From Flectonema sp. DT1601 (lineage: Eukaryota), in contig OZ025780.1 in NCBI GenBank assembly GCA_964019425.1, positions 1,426,001 through 1,490,000 on the forward strand: DNA of 64,000 nucleotides, in the 5' to 3' direction. How positions within the stretch are numbered: position 1 is the stretch's first letter; the number at the start of each line of letters is the position of its first letter. The notes below the pieces were generated by a model, which saw only the letters and a list, made by a program, of their open reading frames with translations, did not search any database and was not told where the DNA came from. Position numbers and translations under genes: made by a program. This document shows, piece by piece, positions 37,346 through 49,366 of this stretch.

Positions 37346-37953
37346 TCTTTTTTTTTTTTTCCTCCATCCTCATCCAAGTCATTTTTTTTTTTTTTTTTTT
37401 CCGTTTTTTTTTTTTTCTTTCTTTCGTACCCTTCATTCTTTATTTTATTTTAGAATTTCAGGAAATATTATTATTGAGATAGGTCGCAACTATTGTTGTT
37501 AACCACGAAGCAGACACTTTACAGTCAATTATGGTAGTCAGGTGAGGCCACCATCAGGAACAGTTCTACAACATTTTAGCTAATTAGCTTGTTTTGAAGC
37601 TGCTACTCTTTTCCCAGTTATTATTATTATTATTTTTTTTTTTTTTTCGTTAGAATAAGAAACAGACAGACACGAAAGATCACAAAAAAAATCAGAATCA
37701 GAATCAGACAGCTATATTACGTCGAACACAATACTCAAAGATAGAAGTGAGATGTGGTGAAATAATAAAGCACGCAAACCACATAGTTTTTACCCTGCCA
37801 GGAAAATTGCAGTGTACAGGTATGGTAACCTTCAACTATGTGTAGAATATATGAAACAAATTAACCTTGTGATACTGTTTTTTTTTTTTTTTTTTTTTTT
37901 TTTTGCAGATATGGTGAACCATCAAAAAAAAAAAAAAAAGTCTATCTAAAGTC

Positions 37954-40137
37954 TTAGGTTTTCAAAGGAGTGATGGCACCACATAGCTGCTGAACTTCAT
38001 TAAAAGATATTATAAATCCCCAAAGTTTCGTACTTGCTTTCTTAGCAACATCCAGAGGAGTTAATCCAAATTTATTTTTAATATTCGGATCGGAGTTAAA
38101 ATTTAATAAAACTCCAATCATTGACATGTAGTCATCGTCATTTACAATTCCCTGATCTACCTCAGCAGATATCGCACAAGCATGATGAAATGGCGTGTTA
38201 CCTAAACAATCTGCTAAGGAAACACATGATGGCTGAGATTGCAATACTTTTGTTACGTAAGAACCGTCATTAGATTCAACTGCCGTAAACACTTCATGCA
38301 AGTCTGTTTGAAGTGATTCTCTCTCAGCTGGACGTTCATTATCAATTCCTTCTCCACAAAACACACTAATCTTATCACTCACTCTCAATGCTTGAGATGC
38401 TTCAGCATGTAGATGCTTATGATGATATAACAGAGCAAGCTCTCTATGAAGACCTGATTCCTCTAATTTTGGAGCACACTCACGCAATTCACAACATGAT
38501 CTGTTAGTAAGTAAAGCATATGTCTTTTCTTTATTATTATGATTAATTGCGACTACAAGAGAAGCATAACCGATACATCGTTGTTGCACTGAATCAGACG
38601 ATTCCTGTCTCGCACTCATAAACAAAACCAATAAATTAATTGTTTGTTTCATTGTAGCCTCTAATGCAAATATCAATTGCGGATCTGAAGCGCCTAAGCC
38701 GTTGCTTGAGGTGGAATCCTTCCCGTCAAGAGACTGTCGTTGTGGTTCGTCCTGTAGCAGTGCTATGTACCTATCCTCTAGTGTTGTTGTGGTTTCATTA
38801 CTTATTATGGTCGAGCTCCAGTTGTAAAGAACTCCTCCTTCTTCCTTTGCATTCGGAGGGAGCAACTCTGGAAAATGAATTAATATTTCCCTAACGTCAA
38901 TATCTGTCGCAGCAAAATGTTCAAAAGCCGAATCTGGTTGTCCTCTAAATAAAAATCCAAACCCGGCATCTATATGAGTACCTTTCATCCTTTCTTGATC
39001 GATATCTTCATTACCAGTAGCTGTTCTGTAGAGCATATCAAATGCTTCAGTCATCATTAACTTGGAGACGAGTTGTTTTAGTTGAGAATCGACGTCTGCG
39101 CATACCTGTTTTCATTTTTTTTTTTTTGACATTGCAAATGTTTACCAAAACAGTTAATACAGTAAAGTTGAAGTACTAATACATACTAACATATAGACGT
39201 CATTATTTGTCGCAATGCAAAGATTATCGTTGGGACCTGGACAACGAACAGATGCTAGTATAGAACCTGAGATGTTTGTGAGTACTTGAACGATATCACC
39301 CTCGTAGATGGAATATATTTCAACCTGATCAGGCAACAACCCAATGATGTATGGATGTTTAAACCCAAGCGCACGAGGCTCAGCAGACCATTTTATAGTC
39401 TCTCTTGTTATCCTGCTCGATGCAGGGCTTGCTTTGCGTTCAGCATCTTTTAAAGAAACTCGTATTGATAGGTTTCCGACATTGCAAAGTGCTGCATGCT
39501 CTGAATCTAACGATCGTATGATAGGGTGTTGATTGTATAACGTAAATAATCCAGTAGCCTCTCCACTATAACTGTTTAATAAAGAATATTCTTTCATGTA
39601 TCCACAGCAAAGTGTTTCACCTTGAAAAGCTAAACAACAAACACTACTTGGCATAACTAATACTTGAAATAAAGTGTGTGAGGGTTGTCCAGTTGTTGCA
39701 TCCATTCGATAGTTATAAAGATGAAGTTTTCTTTTAGTCGCGACGCATAGTCGATGTGTTCCTTTGTAGACTGGAGCCACAGCAATACAGATACAGCCTT
39801 TTAACGGATTACTTTTACCGTCTCCTTCAGTGATATAAAATACCCTCGAGAGATCATCAGAACTGTGGACTGTGACGTGTTCATCACAAAGTGTGAATAG
39901 TCTTGGCCATGTAGGGTCTGTAATAACTTGTGCAACAACTCTCTTCTTTAACTGAACTTGATTAAGTTGACGACTTACGTAGTCTTCATCTTTTGAATCT
40001 TGATCAAGTCTCCACTTCTGTAACAGTCCGGATGTAGTTCCAATGTAAACGACATTCTCCTTACAGTCTAGTGACGCTATTGTATCTTTCCTGCCATCTC
40101 CTTGAGGGAGAGTGAACAGTTTGACAACCCTCTGCAT
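37954..40137 (-). CDS. CNH (Vps39/TGFBRAP1-like beta-propeller) + helical region + ankyrin-repeat protein (intron 39106-39186)
   Basis: VYIGTTSGLL, LCVATKRKLHLY and IKWSAEPRALGFKHPYIIGL (CNH); AFEHFAATDIDVREILIHFPELLP (Vps39-like); GNTPFHHAC and DPNIKNKFGLTPLDVA (ankyrin). An 81-nt GT-AG intron joins the two ORFs in frame. Confidence 0.85.
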
Positions 40138-40222
40138 TGTACCATAAGTACTTTTACTACCTGATAAAGATAAAATAATATTAAAATAATAACATGTCAT
40201 GTACTAAGACTATAAAACACAT

Positions 40223-40982
40223 CTAAAAATCCTCACCGAGCATCTCAAGAACTGAAGTTCGGTTGAGTTCCCGTGCGAGTGAAATAAAATCGTCGTCGTC
40301 TGCTCCAGCCACAATAAGATTTCTAATAAAATCATCGCAAGTGTTATTCCTGACTGCTATACAAAGGGGTGAAGGAGAGACGTTGAAATGAACACCCGCA
40401 GAGATTAAAAACTCCAACACGTCAAGAGAACCAACTCCACAACATATTTGAATTGGGAATACTTCATTATGATCGGACTTATTCGGAGATGCACCACTTT
40501 GCAATAATAACTCAACCAGTTCAATGTGATCACACTTTATAGCGTGATAGAGAGCTGTCCTTCCATTCTGATCTGAGCTATTAACACCCACACCTTCTTT
40601 GAGTAACTCTTCAGCGATTGATATATTGCCTGCAATTGTCTGTTTTATTTAGAAGAATGAATACAAAAAGAAAATAATCCAAAAGGTGGTGGTAGTAGTA
40701 GAAGCAAACCTCAGTGATTAACTGATCACCTGTTATTGGAATAGTAGTGAGTTTATTATTTATTATTGTTGGGTGAATATAGATTTCCTCCCCTTCAGTT
40801 AACCCAGTGTCTGCCAACACCTCGTCAGCAGATAACACTCTTCCAATGTAGTGTACATCAAACGAGATTAAACCGGTCTCTTCAGAAATTTGTTTTTTAA
40901 CATCAAAACATGAATCTGATTTCCCAATCAACATCTCTACGGATGTTCCATCCGGTAGACACACAGACACTGGTAGCTTCAT
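40223..40982 (-). CDS. Ubiquitin-like domain + ankyrin-repeat protein (intron 40640-40709)
   Basis: UBL-like N-terminus (VKKQISEETG...YIGRVLSADEVLADTGL); ankyrin repeats (DQNGRTALYHAI..DHIELVELLLQSGASPN). A 70-nt intron gives LITE|TIAGNISIAEELLKEG. Confidence 0.85.
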
Positions 40983-41158
40983 CACATCAACGTACTCCTG
41001 TTGAGACTAAAATAAATGATAAAGTACTATGCAATAATAATAATAATAATAATAAGATATCCCTCCTGTTATGTTTCGCAGAAACGAATATAAACCAAAA
41101 GGATCAACTCAACAATAAGAACACAACAGAAACAGAAACAGTTAAGGAGGAGGAGGAA

Positions 41159-42376
41159 TTACGAACCGACGGCAGTCCTCATCTTGTGAATTGAGAGTTG
41201 AGTTTGCTTCACTCGATTCTTAAGATCCGCAACAAGAAGAGCGAGTTGATTAGCAGACGGGACTGCCAGTTTCCTTTCATTGTTGGAAACCTTTGAGACG
41301 GGAACAGGAACAGCCATGGATACGACGTTGCTTAACTTTTCTTCAAGAGAATCTTTCTTTGGTCTGATGATCGTTCCTTCAGCAAGCCTAGCAGCAAACG
41401 CACTGGCGGGAGTTGTAATTCCATCCACACCTTTCAGTAATCTGTCGATAACAGGAGTTAGATATTTCTCAAGTTTTTTGTTACTAATCGACGGAGGCAG
41501 GCCTTCCTTTTCACAGGTAGGATTCTCTTTTGGTTTCCTTTCAGAAGGTTTTCGTGGTTTTAGAGGTTTGGTTTGCACTTTCTCAACGTCATCAACTCCA
41601 AACGGTGATTTTAAATTGAACTCTCGAAGGTTGATAGCTGCTTGTTCTCGTTTTTTTCGCGTTTTTTGAAGAAAGAATACCCTGCTCGAATACGTTCTCT
41701 TAACGGTGGTTCTCTGAAATGGGTGGGCGGATTTAACACAACTCACTTCGTTATTGAGATCTGCTTGAACTGGTTTTCGAGGGAAAACATTGTTTTTTGC
41801 TCTCCCTAAGTGTAGTGGAGGTGATGGTGAACGCTGACTATCTTCTCGTGGAAGGTGTCTTCTTTCTTTTAGAATTTCTAATACCGACTTGGGAGGAATT
41901 GATCGAAGGCAACCAACATTTCTATTTCTCAATCCACAAACATTTAAATAATGTTTAGTAGTGTGTTGATCTTTGAGTGTTTTGTTGTAGTAGTTAAATT
42001 CACCACAACGTGGAAATGACAAATCAGAAACCCCTGGGTCAGCTGAAGTTTGATGAAGTAAGCCAGCGTATATCTGTTTACCACTTCCGAGTGTTGGGAT
42101 TACTTCTTGAGAGTACTGATTACTTGAATTTGAGTACCTTCTTATTCGTCGTCTGGATTCATCTCTCTTTGTATCGGAGACGATTATCGGAATTGTTGCG
42201 CTCAAGGAAGTAATAATCAGTCCTGCTGCTGTCATCACTCCACAGTAACCTCCCCAGCAGTTTGTTATTACTATGCTGGTGATTGCTAATTTTTGAAAAC
42301 GTTTCAGATACTCGACGTCGTCATCATCTTCAGCCTCGTGTAAGTAAATCTCATCGAAACACACTTCATGATTCAT
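41159..42376 (-). CDS. Hypothetical basic, partly disordered protein, 405 aa
   Basis: Long ORF, co-oriented with the cluster, pyrimidine-rich AG ~40 nt upstream; no family recognised. Confidence 0.72.
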   Translation of the reverse strand: MNHEVCFDEIYLHEAEDDDDVEYLKRFQKLAITSIVITNCWGGYCGVMTAAGLIITSLSATIPIIVSDTKRDESRRRIRRYSNSSNQYSQEVIPTLGSGKQIYAGLLHQTSADPGVSDLSFPRCGEFNYYNKTLKDQHTTKHYLNVCGLRNRNVGCLRSIPPKSVLEILKERRHLPREDSQRSPSPPLHLGRAKNNVFPRKPVQADLNNEVSCVKSAHPFQRTTVKRTYSSRVFFLQKTRKKREQAAINLREFNLKSPFGVDDVEKVQTKPLKPRKPSERKPKENPTCEKEGLPPSISNKKLEKYLTPVIDRLLKGVDGITTPASAFAARLAEGTIIRPKKDSLEEKLSNVVSMAVPVPVSKVSNNERKLAVPSANQLALLVADLKNRVKQTQLSIHKMRTAVGS

Positions 42377-42789
42377 GAAGTTATGGTGTCATTGTTTTAT
42401 TTATAATGTAGTTACTGGAGAGAATGATACTTTAAATAATATGAATAAAAACTCTAATCACATTTACAATGTAATCAAGATGCGGCTGTTCTTCGCAAGT
42501 AAACGATTGCTATTATTTTTTTTTTTTAATTCCCGGGAAGAAAACACATGCTAGTATAGGTCCTTTGCTTTTATTTGTCAGTGTAAGCTGGATGCAAGTT
42601 GCCTCTTGTCGTGTATCTCGTGGGTAGTCAGAAATTATCAAGACACGCTTACTCATTCTTTTAACAGTTCCTTACTCCATACTGAAGTAGACGTGTCTAC
42701 CGCAATTAAAATGATGTCATCACGTGAGGAGTAAACGATTTGAGTCCAACATACCAATCGAGTTCCTATTGTTTATCGTATTAAGGTTT

Positions 42790-42957
42790 TTAGTCATCTT
42801 TTTTTTTAGTTTTCTTAATCTTCGTATCAGAACGAAAGATGAAACTCTGAATTAAACTAATGATCAACCAAACACCAATAATAAACAACGCGAGAGAAAA
42901 CACTCCCACAAGTGCGTACATTAGTTCCATGTTGAGTCTGCCATGCTGAGGTTCCAT
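42790..42957 (-). CDS. Putative small single-TM protein (~55 aa)
   Basis: Clean TM helix (LMYALVGVFSLALFIIGVWLIISLI) followed by a basic tail; co-oriented; start uncertain. Confidence 0.45.
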   Translation of the reverse strand: MEPQHGRLNMELMYALVGVFSLALFIIGVWLIISLIQSFIFRSDTKIKKTKKKDD

Positions 42958-43307
42958 ATTTCTATTGTAAGAATAAGTTCTGAGAGGGAATCGAACATGA
43001 TGAAGTCGGGTCACTTATTTCGTATAAAGGTTTTCTTACTTTTGAATTCGAAAAAAGTGTTACTGTTTATTAATTCCTTTTTTCATTTCGGAAGGAAGGA
43101 ATTTTTAGGAAGTTACTCAAAAAGAAAAAGATAAGTAGAGAACAAAGAGGAAAGAAGAAGATAAAAAGAAGGGAAAAAATCTAATAAGGTCCACCACAAT
43201 AATATATTCTACGGCTCTATAAGTTTATTTAGGATACAAAAAATAATATTTAAAAAAAAAATTTAAAAAAAACGAATGACGGGAAACAAAATCCAATCAA
43301 ACAACAC

Positions 43308-44288
43308 TTAACACACCCACAGCGATCTGTGTGGTTTTCTATATCTAGGTAGTGTTGTTTTTGTTTTAATATGCCTAGTCTCTACCCAGTCAGTAAACAA
43401 CGATTTTATGTCTTCATCGAGATAGTTAAGAGTTCGTTGTCTTTTTGTGTGAAGATCAGATGTCTTTTTATTTAAACTACTGAGAGTGTTTATTTGTTGT
43501 TTTACACTTTTAAGTTTTGATAACTTCGTATCTCTATCGTGAATAGCTCTCTTGAAACGATCATTTTCGGATGACAACTCTTGTTGTTGATTATGTAGAT
43601 TAACGTTGTCGTCTTCGAGGACTTGAATTGTTCGCTGGAGATGAAGAACACGACGTTGAAGAGAACTCCCATCAGTTGTCGTTTTTTGCGGAACAGATCT
43701 CGATCTCAAAGGAGCTTTAACTTGTTGTCTGACGTGATGACCAACATTGTTGTACGTAGATATCGGTTGTTGAATTTGAGTTGTTTTTACTTTCTTTCGC
43801 ACTGCAGGAGTTGAGAAATCCCAATGACCTATACTACCTGTACTCACAACACTGGGTGATCTTGGTTTTGGTCTTTCTGGTGAGACTCTAACAGGTTGTG
43901 GTGGTGGCTGAATAACTTGACGAGGATGAGCTGATGGAGGTATCGTACGTTCAGGAGGAGGAGTCATTCTATTCAAGTATTCGTTATGTCTTGGAGTACG
44001 ATTGTTATGAACTGGAGGTGATCTTTGACTCCCTCCTCCTCCTCCTCCTCCTCCTGCTTCCTTAACTTCAGCCCATGATTTCTTTACTGCTGCTACGACA
44101 TCCTTCCAATTAGTCTCGTCTGCAGCACTCGCTGCATATGCAGATCCGATTTGTGAACCTGATGGACTGCTTCTGTGTTTTCTGTAATATTCTAAACCGT
44201 CTGCTGCATCATCTGCTACACATCTGGAGCATTCCGTAGTTAGAACTGATGCTTCACTATCTGCCCTACTGTAATTCATGTTATTCAT
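43308..44288 (-). CDS. Hypothetical Pro/Ser-rich and coiled-coil protein, 326 aa
   Basis: Long ORF with a poly-Gly (GGA)n run and C-terminal heptads. Confidence 0.75.
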   Translation of the reverse strand: MNNMNYSRADSEASVLTTECSRCVADDAADGLEYYRKHRSSPSGSQIGSAYAASAADETNWKDVVAAVKKSWAEVKEAGGGGGGGGSQRSPPVHNNRTPRHNEYLNRMTPPPERTIPPSAHPRQVIQPPPQPVRVSPERPKPRSPSVVSTGSIGHWDFSTPAVRKKVKTTQIQQPISTYNNVGHHVRQQVKAPLRSRSVPQKTTTDGSSLQRRVLHLQRTIQVLEDDNVNLHNQQQELSSENDRFKRAIHDRDTKLSKLKSVKQQINTLSSLNKKTSDLHTKRQRTLNYLDEDIKSLFTDWVETRHIKTKTTLPRYRKPHRSLWVC

Positions 44289-44496
44289 GTCTGTTTATAG
44301 AATGGTATTTATACGAATTGAGGTGATAAATATTTTTCCTCTTCGAAGTAACGCTGGTCCAAATGTATTTTTTTTTTTTTTTTTTTGCGTCATAAAATCG
44401 AATCACAAATATTGAGAGGAAAGGTTAAGACACCAGAAAAAAATAAATAGATGAGGGCGGCAAGCGTCATCATATTATATTGATTAGGTCTGTTAA

Positions 44497-45003
44497 CTAC
44501 AACTGTCCAAGTCTATCTCTGTCGTAGTTTTCATGGATATCATTTGGATGCATAGGAAGCACGAAAGGTGTAGTGCAATGTCTAAGCAACTGCACACAAA
44601 GAACACCGTGTAAGTTGTGTCTATCATTCTGAAGAATATATGGACTTAATACCGCCATTAGATGATGTGTATCAACGAGGTCGGATACATATTTCTTCAT
44701 CTCTGGATTACGACGATTAGCATCTGTTTCCTGACGAATAAACTTCGATTGTTTTTTGTCATAAAAGAAAGTCGAAGCAGCGTGTTCCAATATCTGCGGT
44801 AGTAGTACTCCAGCGTCGTTAACGTGATGACCTTCACCCCAGGCAATAATTCGATAAATACTTTCTATAACAGCTGAACAGGCTGAGCAATCACCACTAA
44901 CATCACTTTCCTCAACCATAGTCTCAATATGTGATGCCATTTCTGCAGCGCTCTGACCAGAAGTTGCCACAACCAGAGCAAGTAGTATTAAAAAACGCCA
45001 CAT
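44497..45003 (-). CDS. Secreted saposin-like / Canopy (DUF3456)-like protein
   Basis: Signal peptide; CSACSAVIESI and LCVQLLRHC cysteine pattern of the saposin fold. Confidence 0.7.
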   Translation of the reverse strand: MWRFLILLALVVATSGQSAAEMASHIETMVEESDVSGDCSACSAVIESIYRIIAWGEGHHVNDAGVLLPQILEHAASTFFYDKKQSKFIRQETDANRRNPEMKKYVSDLVDTHHLMAVLSPYILQNDRHNLHGVLCVQLLRHCTTPFVLPMHPNDIHENYDRDRLGQL

Positions 45004-45074
45004 TTTATTTTATTTTTTATATTCTTTTTTGTATGGATACAAGTACTGTAAAAAATTATATTAAAAAGAAATAT

Positions 45075-45470
45075 CTAATCCGCGGCAATGGATATGGTTG
45101 GGCCAGGAGGGGTCGGGGCAGCGATGGGATCGGTTAGCGTGGTCTCGTTCCGTTCCGCAGCTGGAACGGACACCCGGGTCGGGTCCTCTGTCGTCAGTCG
45201 TGGTCGGTAACGGGGCCGGCACTGGTGCTGATTCAGACTCTCCCGTACCTCCGGCTTTGTGCAGTGGAGATGCAAGATTCGATGCGGGTTCCTCGGGCTT
45301 CGTGATCGGCCTAGTAGCTGAACCCCCCTCGGGTTCCGCTGACAGGTCGATCCCTCCGCCAGTCGGTGTGGTTGGGCCTGGAGTTGGATCAATAGGTCGT
45401 GGGGCCGAAGCGAACATTGACGCATCACCGGTCGTGTTCGGTGTGGGCGGCATGTGTGACGTGTGCGGCT
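45075..45470 (-). mobile_element. GC-rich insertion, probably a truncated 5' fragment of a non-LTR retrotransposon ORF
   Basis: Abrupt GC-rich island in AT-rich DNA; Pro/Thr/Gly-rich ORF ending in a zinc-finger-like HRCPDPS(W)PNHIHC, cut off sharply at ~45075. Confidence 0.4.
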
Positions 45471-46983
45471 TAATGGTGACTTCTTACTGGTCAATAATCT
45501 TGTTGTAAATATGATGTTCGTGTGACTGGTGGGGTGATGAATAAGAAAATGATAAACACAAGTTGATATAATAACACCAAACCTACTCAATCCAGAGCAT
45601 TAAATAGGACTATACGAATTTTTTTTTTTTTTGGAACGAGAGTTAATCAAGAACTCAGGTTACCTTGCCTTGTAGTCGCACTAAAGAAAACGATCATAAG
45701 CAAAACTGATTCAAGAAACTCCGCCAGAGAGAGGTATAACACGTGGGGAAGGGAGGCTTGCAGAGTTAATCCACGCAAGGAACGGGGGTGAAAGTACCAT
45801 TGAGGCACTCTGTTCCCGTTTTTTAGTGATTTCAACACAATGCATTTTTTCTTTTCTTTTTTTTCTTTTTTTTTTTCCTAATTTTGTTTTCTCCCTACAA
45901 GTCACGGAAAACACACACATGGACTAAGTCACAAACGAAGGATTATTTTTTTTTTTTTTAAATAGCTCGAAAGAGTTACCCACGCAGTGTTTCGCAACAT
46001 CAACAAGCAGCAGAAAAGCAAAGCAGCGCTTAAAACAATATCGCTTTGAATCACAGAGCTTTGAACTCAGTAACGAGCACTGATGTTAACACTGCTACGT
46101 TCCTGAGTTAAATTGAATATAAATAATGTAAAGAAGAAAGGATAGAGACAGGGAGACCTGTGACCTTTTTAGCAGTGGGTCAGTAGTCTTATTTTTTTTT
46201 TTTTTTAAAAACGGAAAAATAAAATGGAAACACGTATACGATGAGCTCTTAAGGAAGAATGAAGCAACACAATTGTGTTATAATCTTTACTTACCCGAAT
46301 CTGATCGATGTCTCGACGCACAGCAACAGGGAAGACCTGTTGAACTGGGTGTCTTTTGCAATTATTTTTTTTGTTTTTTAAAAAACCAGAAGGTTACACT
46401 GATAGGATTACTGGGGGCAACGAAAAAACTGATTTAAGAAAGACAATCGGAAAACAGAGAAAAGAAAAATATTGAGGCGGACATATGTCTGCGAGGAAGC
46501 ACCAAAGAAGCAAGGAATTTACTCTCTCTGGTGGTGGGCATCAGCAAACAAATATCTACTTCTAAAGTCTCTTCTTCACGTTGGTTTTCTTCTTTTTTTT
46601 TTCGAGGCGTACATCTGTTCAGTTAGTAGCCTTGTTTGGTTTTTTTAATTTTTTCTTTTCGATTTCTTTTTTTTTTTTTTTTTCTGGATACGATCTCTGC
46701 AAGCCTAGAAGAAGCAGGTTGATGATAATAATAACTGAACCATAATTTTTTTTTTTTTTTTTTTTCCCCTCTATCCTATTTTATTTAGTTTTTTTTTTTT
46801 TCGACATCACATCTTTTTTTGCTTTTTTTTTTTTTTTTTTCCAATAGTGAACCATAAAGAGTCATGAAGGGTCTTTCTCTGTTCTTGCTATTCATCCAAA
46901 ATTGGATGAATAAATAAAAAGAATTTAAAAAATAAAAGAAAAGTCAGATTCAACTAAACACGTAACATGCAAATCTGTTGTTA

Positions 46984-47015
<32 letters not shown>

Positions 47016-47060
47016 CAATCACAGGAACCCTATTTTAGATACAACAGATAACTCCATAAC

Positions 47061-48221
47061 TTATTCTGTTTTCTTTGACCCAGACATGTCACCTCTGAAG
47101 TGTCCTGCGGCATCTCCAGTCTCGTTGTTGACTCCACAAAATTCTTTCTTTTGCTTCTTACCTCCAGAGCAGTAAAGGTTACGAAACAGAATAGCAAAAA
47201 GAACGAAGTAGATAGTGTACATGCCTAGACCCAATTTAAAGTTTGATGGAGTTACGTGACACGTAGCCGGGTCTTCGTAATACCACATGGCTGAGCAAAA
47301 GGTAACAGTCATACCAACAAGCATTTGAGCAATTTGGATTGTGGTGATAAGTGGTGCGATGGTCTTTGTGAATCCAGGAAACAGTCTCAAAGTCATGAGC
47401 ATGTAGTACGCGTACATCACACTGTGAACACTGTAGTTCATAGCAGCAAACCAAAGACCTGGAGCAATAGTGTTGTGGTATGCGTGCCAGCAGTATAACA
47501 AAACGGTACAGTGATGAAACCAATGGATAAATGGGACTGGTCTCTTTTTCAAAACCAAGAACACGGTGTCAACAAGCTCTGGAATCTTTGAGTAAATAAA
47601 CAAAAAAACGTACAATCCAACCGGTCCCGTTAAATACCAATCTTTTGGATCAGTACACACGGTGTATCTAAAACCATTATTTATCAAATTCGTTAGCAAC
47701 ACAGGAAGTGTATTTACCAATCCATAAAAACTAAAGATGGCTAAAATCAAGTTCCACGCACCCATCGACCACTTCGTTTGGTACGGTTTTCTGTTTTCAA
47801 GAAGAGATGGAACATTGAAGATAAATCCTAAGTAAGCAATCTGTGGGTTGTTGTTGTTTTTTTTTTTTCCTTCTTTTGTACCTACAAACCCATTGTTTGG
47901 TAGAAAGCGAATCGCGTCAACGTAACTAACTTATTCACTTTATTAGGACTTTGTATCTGGTTGCGCACAAACAAAATAAATGTGAAGTTTGCCGATACTG
48001 AAATTGTCCGTACAGACAAAAAAAATGAAATGAACAATCACATACCACAAAGAACACAGGTACTTCTGCGTGATCTTGTGTCCACTGAATAACTGGTCTG
48101 GAATCAAAGCTGTGGTATTAATTGATTTTATCTGCCAATACCACACACGAGAGAAAAAAAGAACTAACTAAAGCAAAACATACTTCTCTTCATCAACTCC
48201 GAAAAACTGCAATATGAACAT
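47061..48221 (-). CDS. ELO/GNS1/SUR4 fatty-acid elongase (3 exons; introns 48110-48183 and 47841-48045)
   Basis: SKIPELVDTVFLVLKK, HWFHH histidine box, MNYSVHSVMYAYY, TTIQIAQM. Reconstructed N-terminus MFILQFFGVDEE(N)FDSRPVIQWTQDHAEVPVFFV|IAYLGFIF. Confidence 0.95.
47878..47996. repeat. Dispersed repeat, copy 2, inside ELO intron 2
   Basis: Aligns by eye with 37208-37345 (substitutions plus one ~20-nt indel). Confidence 0.9.
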
Positions 48222-49154
48222 TGTATTATATATAATGAGGTCTGGTGAGATAATGTAACGTAACACGCCTACTAGGATTTCCTCCACAACTCACACAAAG
48301 TTTTAAAAAAAAAAGATCATTATTTCGCTTAATGATTATGTCTGAAGGCGAAAAAGTTATTTTAAAAAAAAAGATCTTTTTTTTTTTAAAGAAAAACCAT
48401 AACTTAGAAAAAACTATAAATAACAGCAAGCAATAATTCACATCAGATGTATTCAACTCAACGTGAATTATTATTGTTGGAGGTGGTTAGGTTGGGGGAA
48501 CTTGAAATTGGTAGATGGCTCAGCTGATCGACAAAGTGGTCAACAATTCACAACCAAGGAAGCAAGAAACCTCATTTACAACAATTAGTCGAAAGAAAGG
48601 TTTTTTTTTTCGTTTTTGGGACAATCCGCAGTTTTTTAACCAGTATTACTGGCGACACATGGAAACAGATAACATTTTTTTTTTTTTGACATAATAAATA
48701 AACGGGGCTCTTAATCTGAATAGTTTAAAAACACATCATGTTCTGTTGTTACATAAAACACTGTGGAATACGTAGTTTCAGGAGCCTTAATCTCATACAA
48801 CTTGTCCTTAGACCTTCGGTAAGTTCTAAGGGACTTCATTCCGGTTTATTAATAAATCGGATTTGTCATTTTTATATTTCAAAGGAATTGATTTTTTTAA
48901 CTCCATCGGAGCTCGCTAGGGGAAAAAAAAAAAAAAAAAAAAAAAAAAAGATAGAACAAAATAATTAATTTAAAGTATTTATTGGTTTATAATTTCTGAA
49001 CAAAGTTACCCACATAGCATCACTGGCACTGTCTGATAGGACAATCGTAGATACCAGGGACTCTGTATTACTGAGTTGCTAATACAATTCGAAATACAAA
49101 ACTGGAGATAAGAAGCCCCAAGTCGGGAGATTTGATTCGATACGAAAGAAATTT

Positions 49155-49218
49155 ATCTGGGGAGGTAACTTGATATTAATATTAAATGGAAAGCAACTTG
49201 AAACTGGCAAAAAACGAG
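49155..49218 (+). repeat. ~63-nt dispersed repeat, copy A (shared with 58837-58898)
   Basis: atctggggag(g)taacttgata(t/c)taatattaaatggaaagcaacttgaaactggcaaaaa(a)cgag occurs at both loci. Confidence 0.92.
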
Positions 49219-49366
49219 AATAGCGTTCGGCCAAACCTGGTTGCAATATAAGAAATCAACAGTTGGTGTCGATAAAAAATCCCATATGTGCTGTCGAATA
49301 TGGGGATTCGGGGGGCCACGTACTACAGGTCGGGGAGGGGGAAGAGAAATGCTTTGAAAGCTTTGT

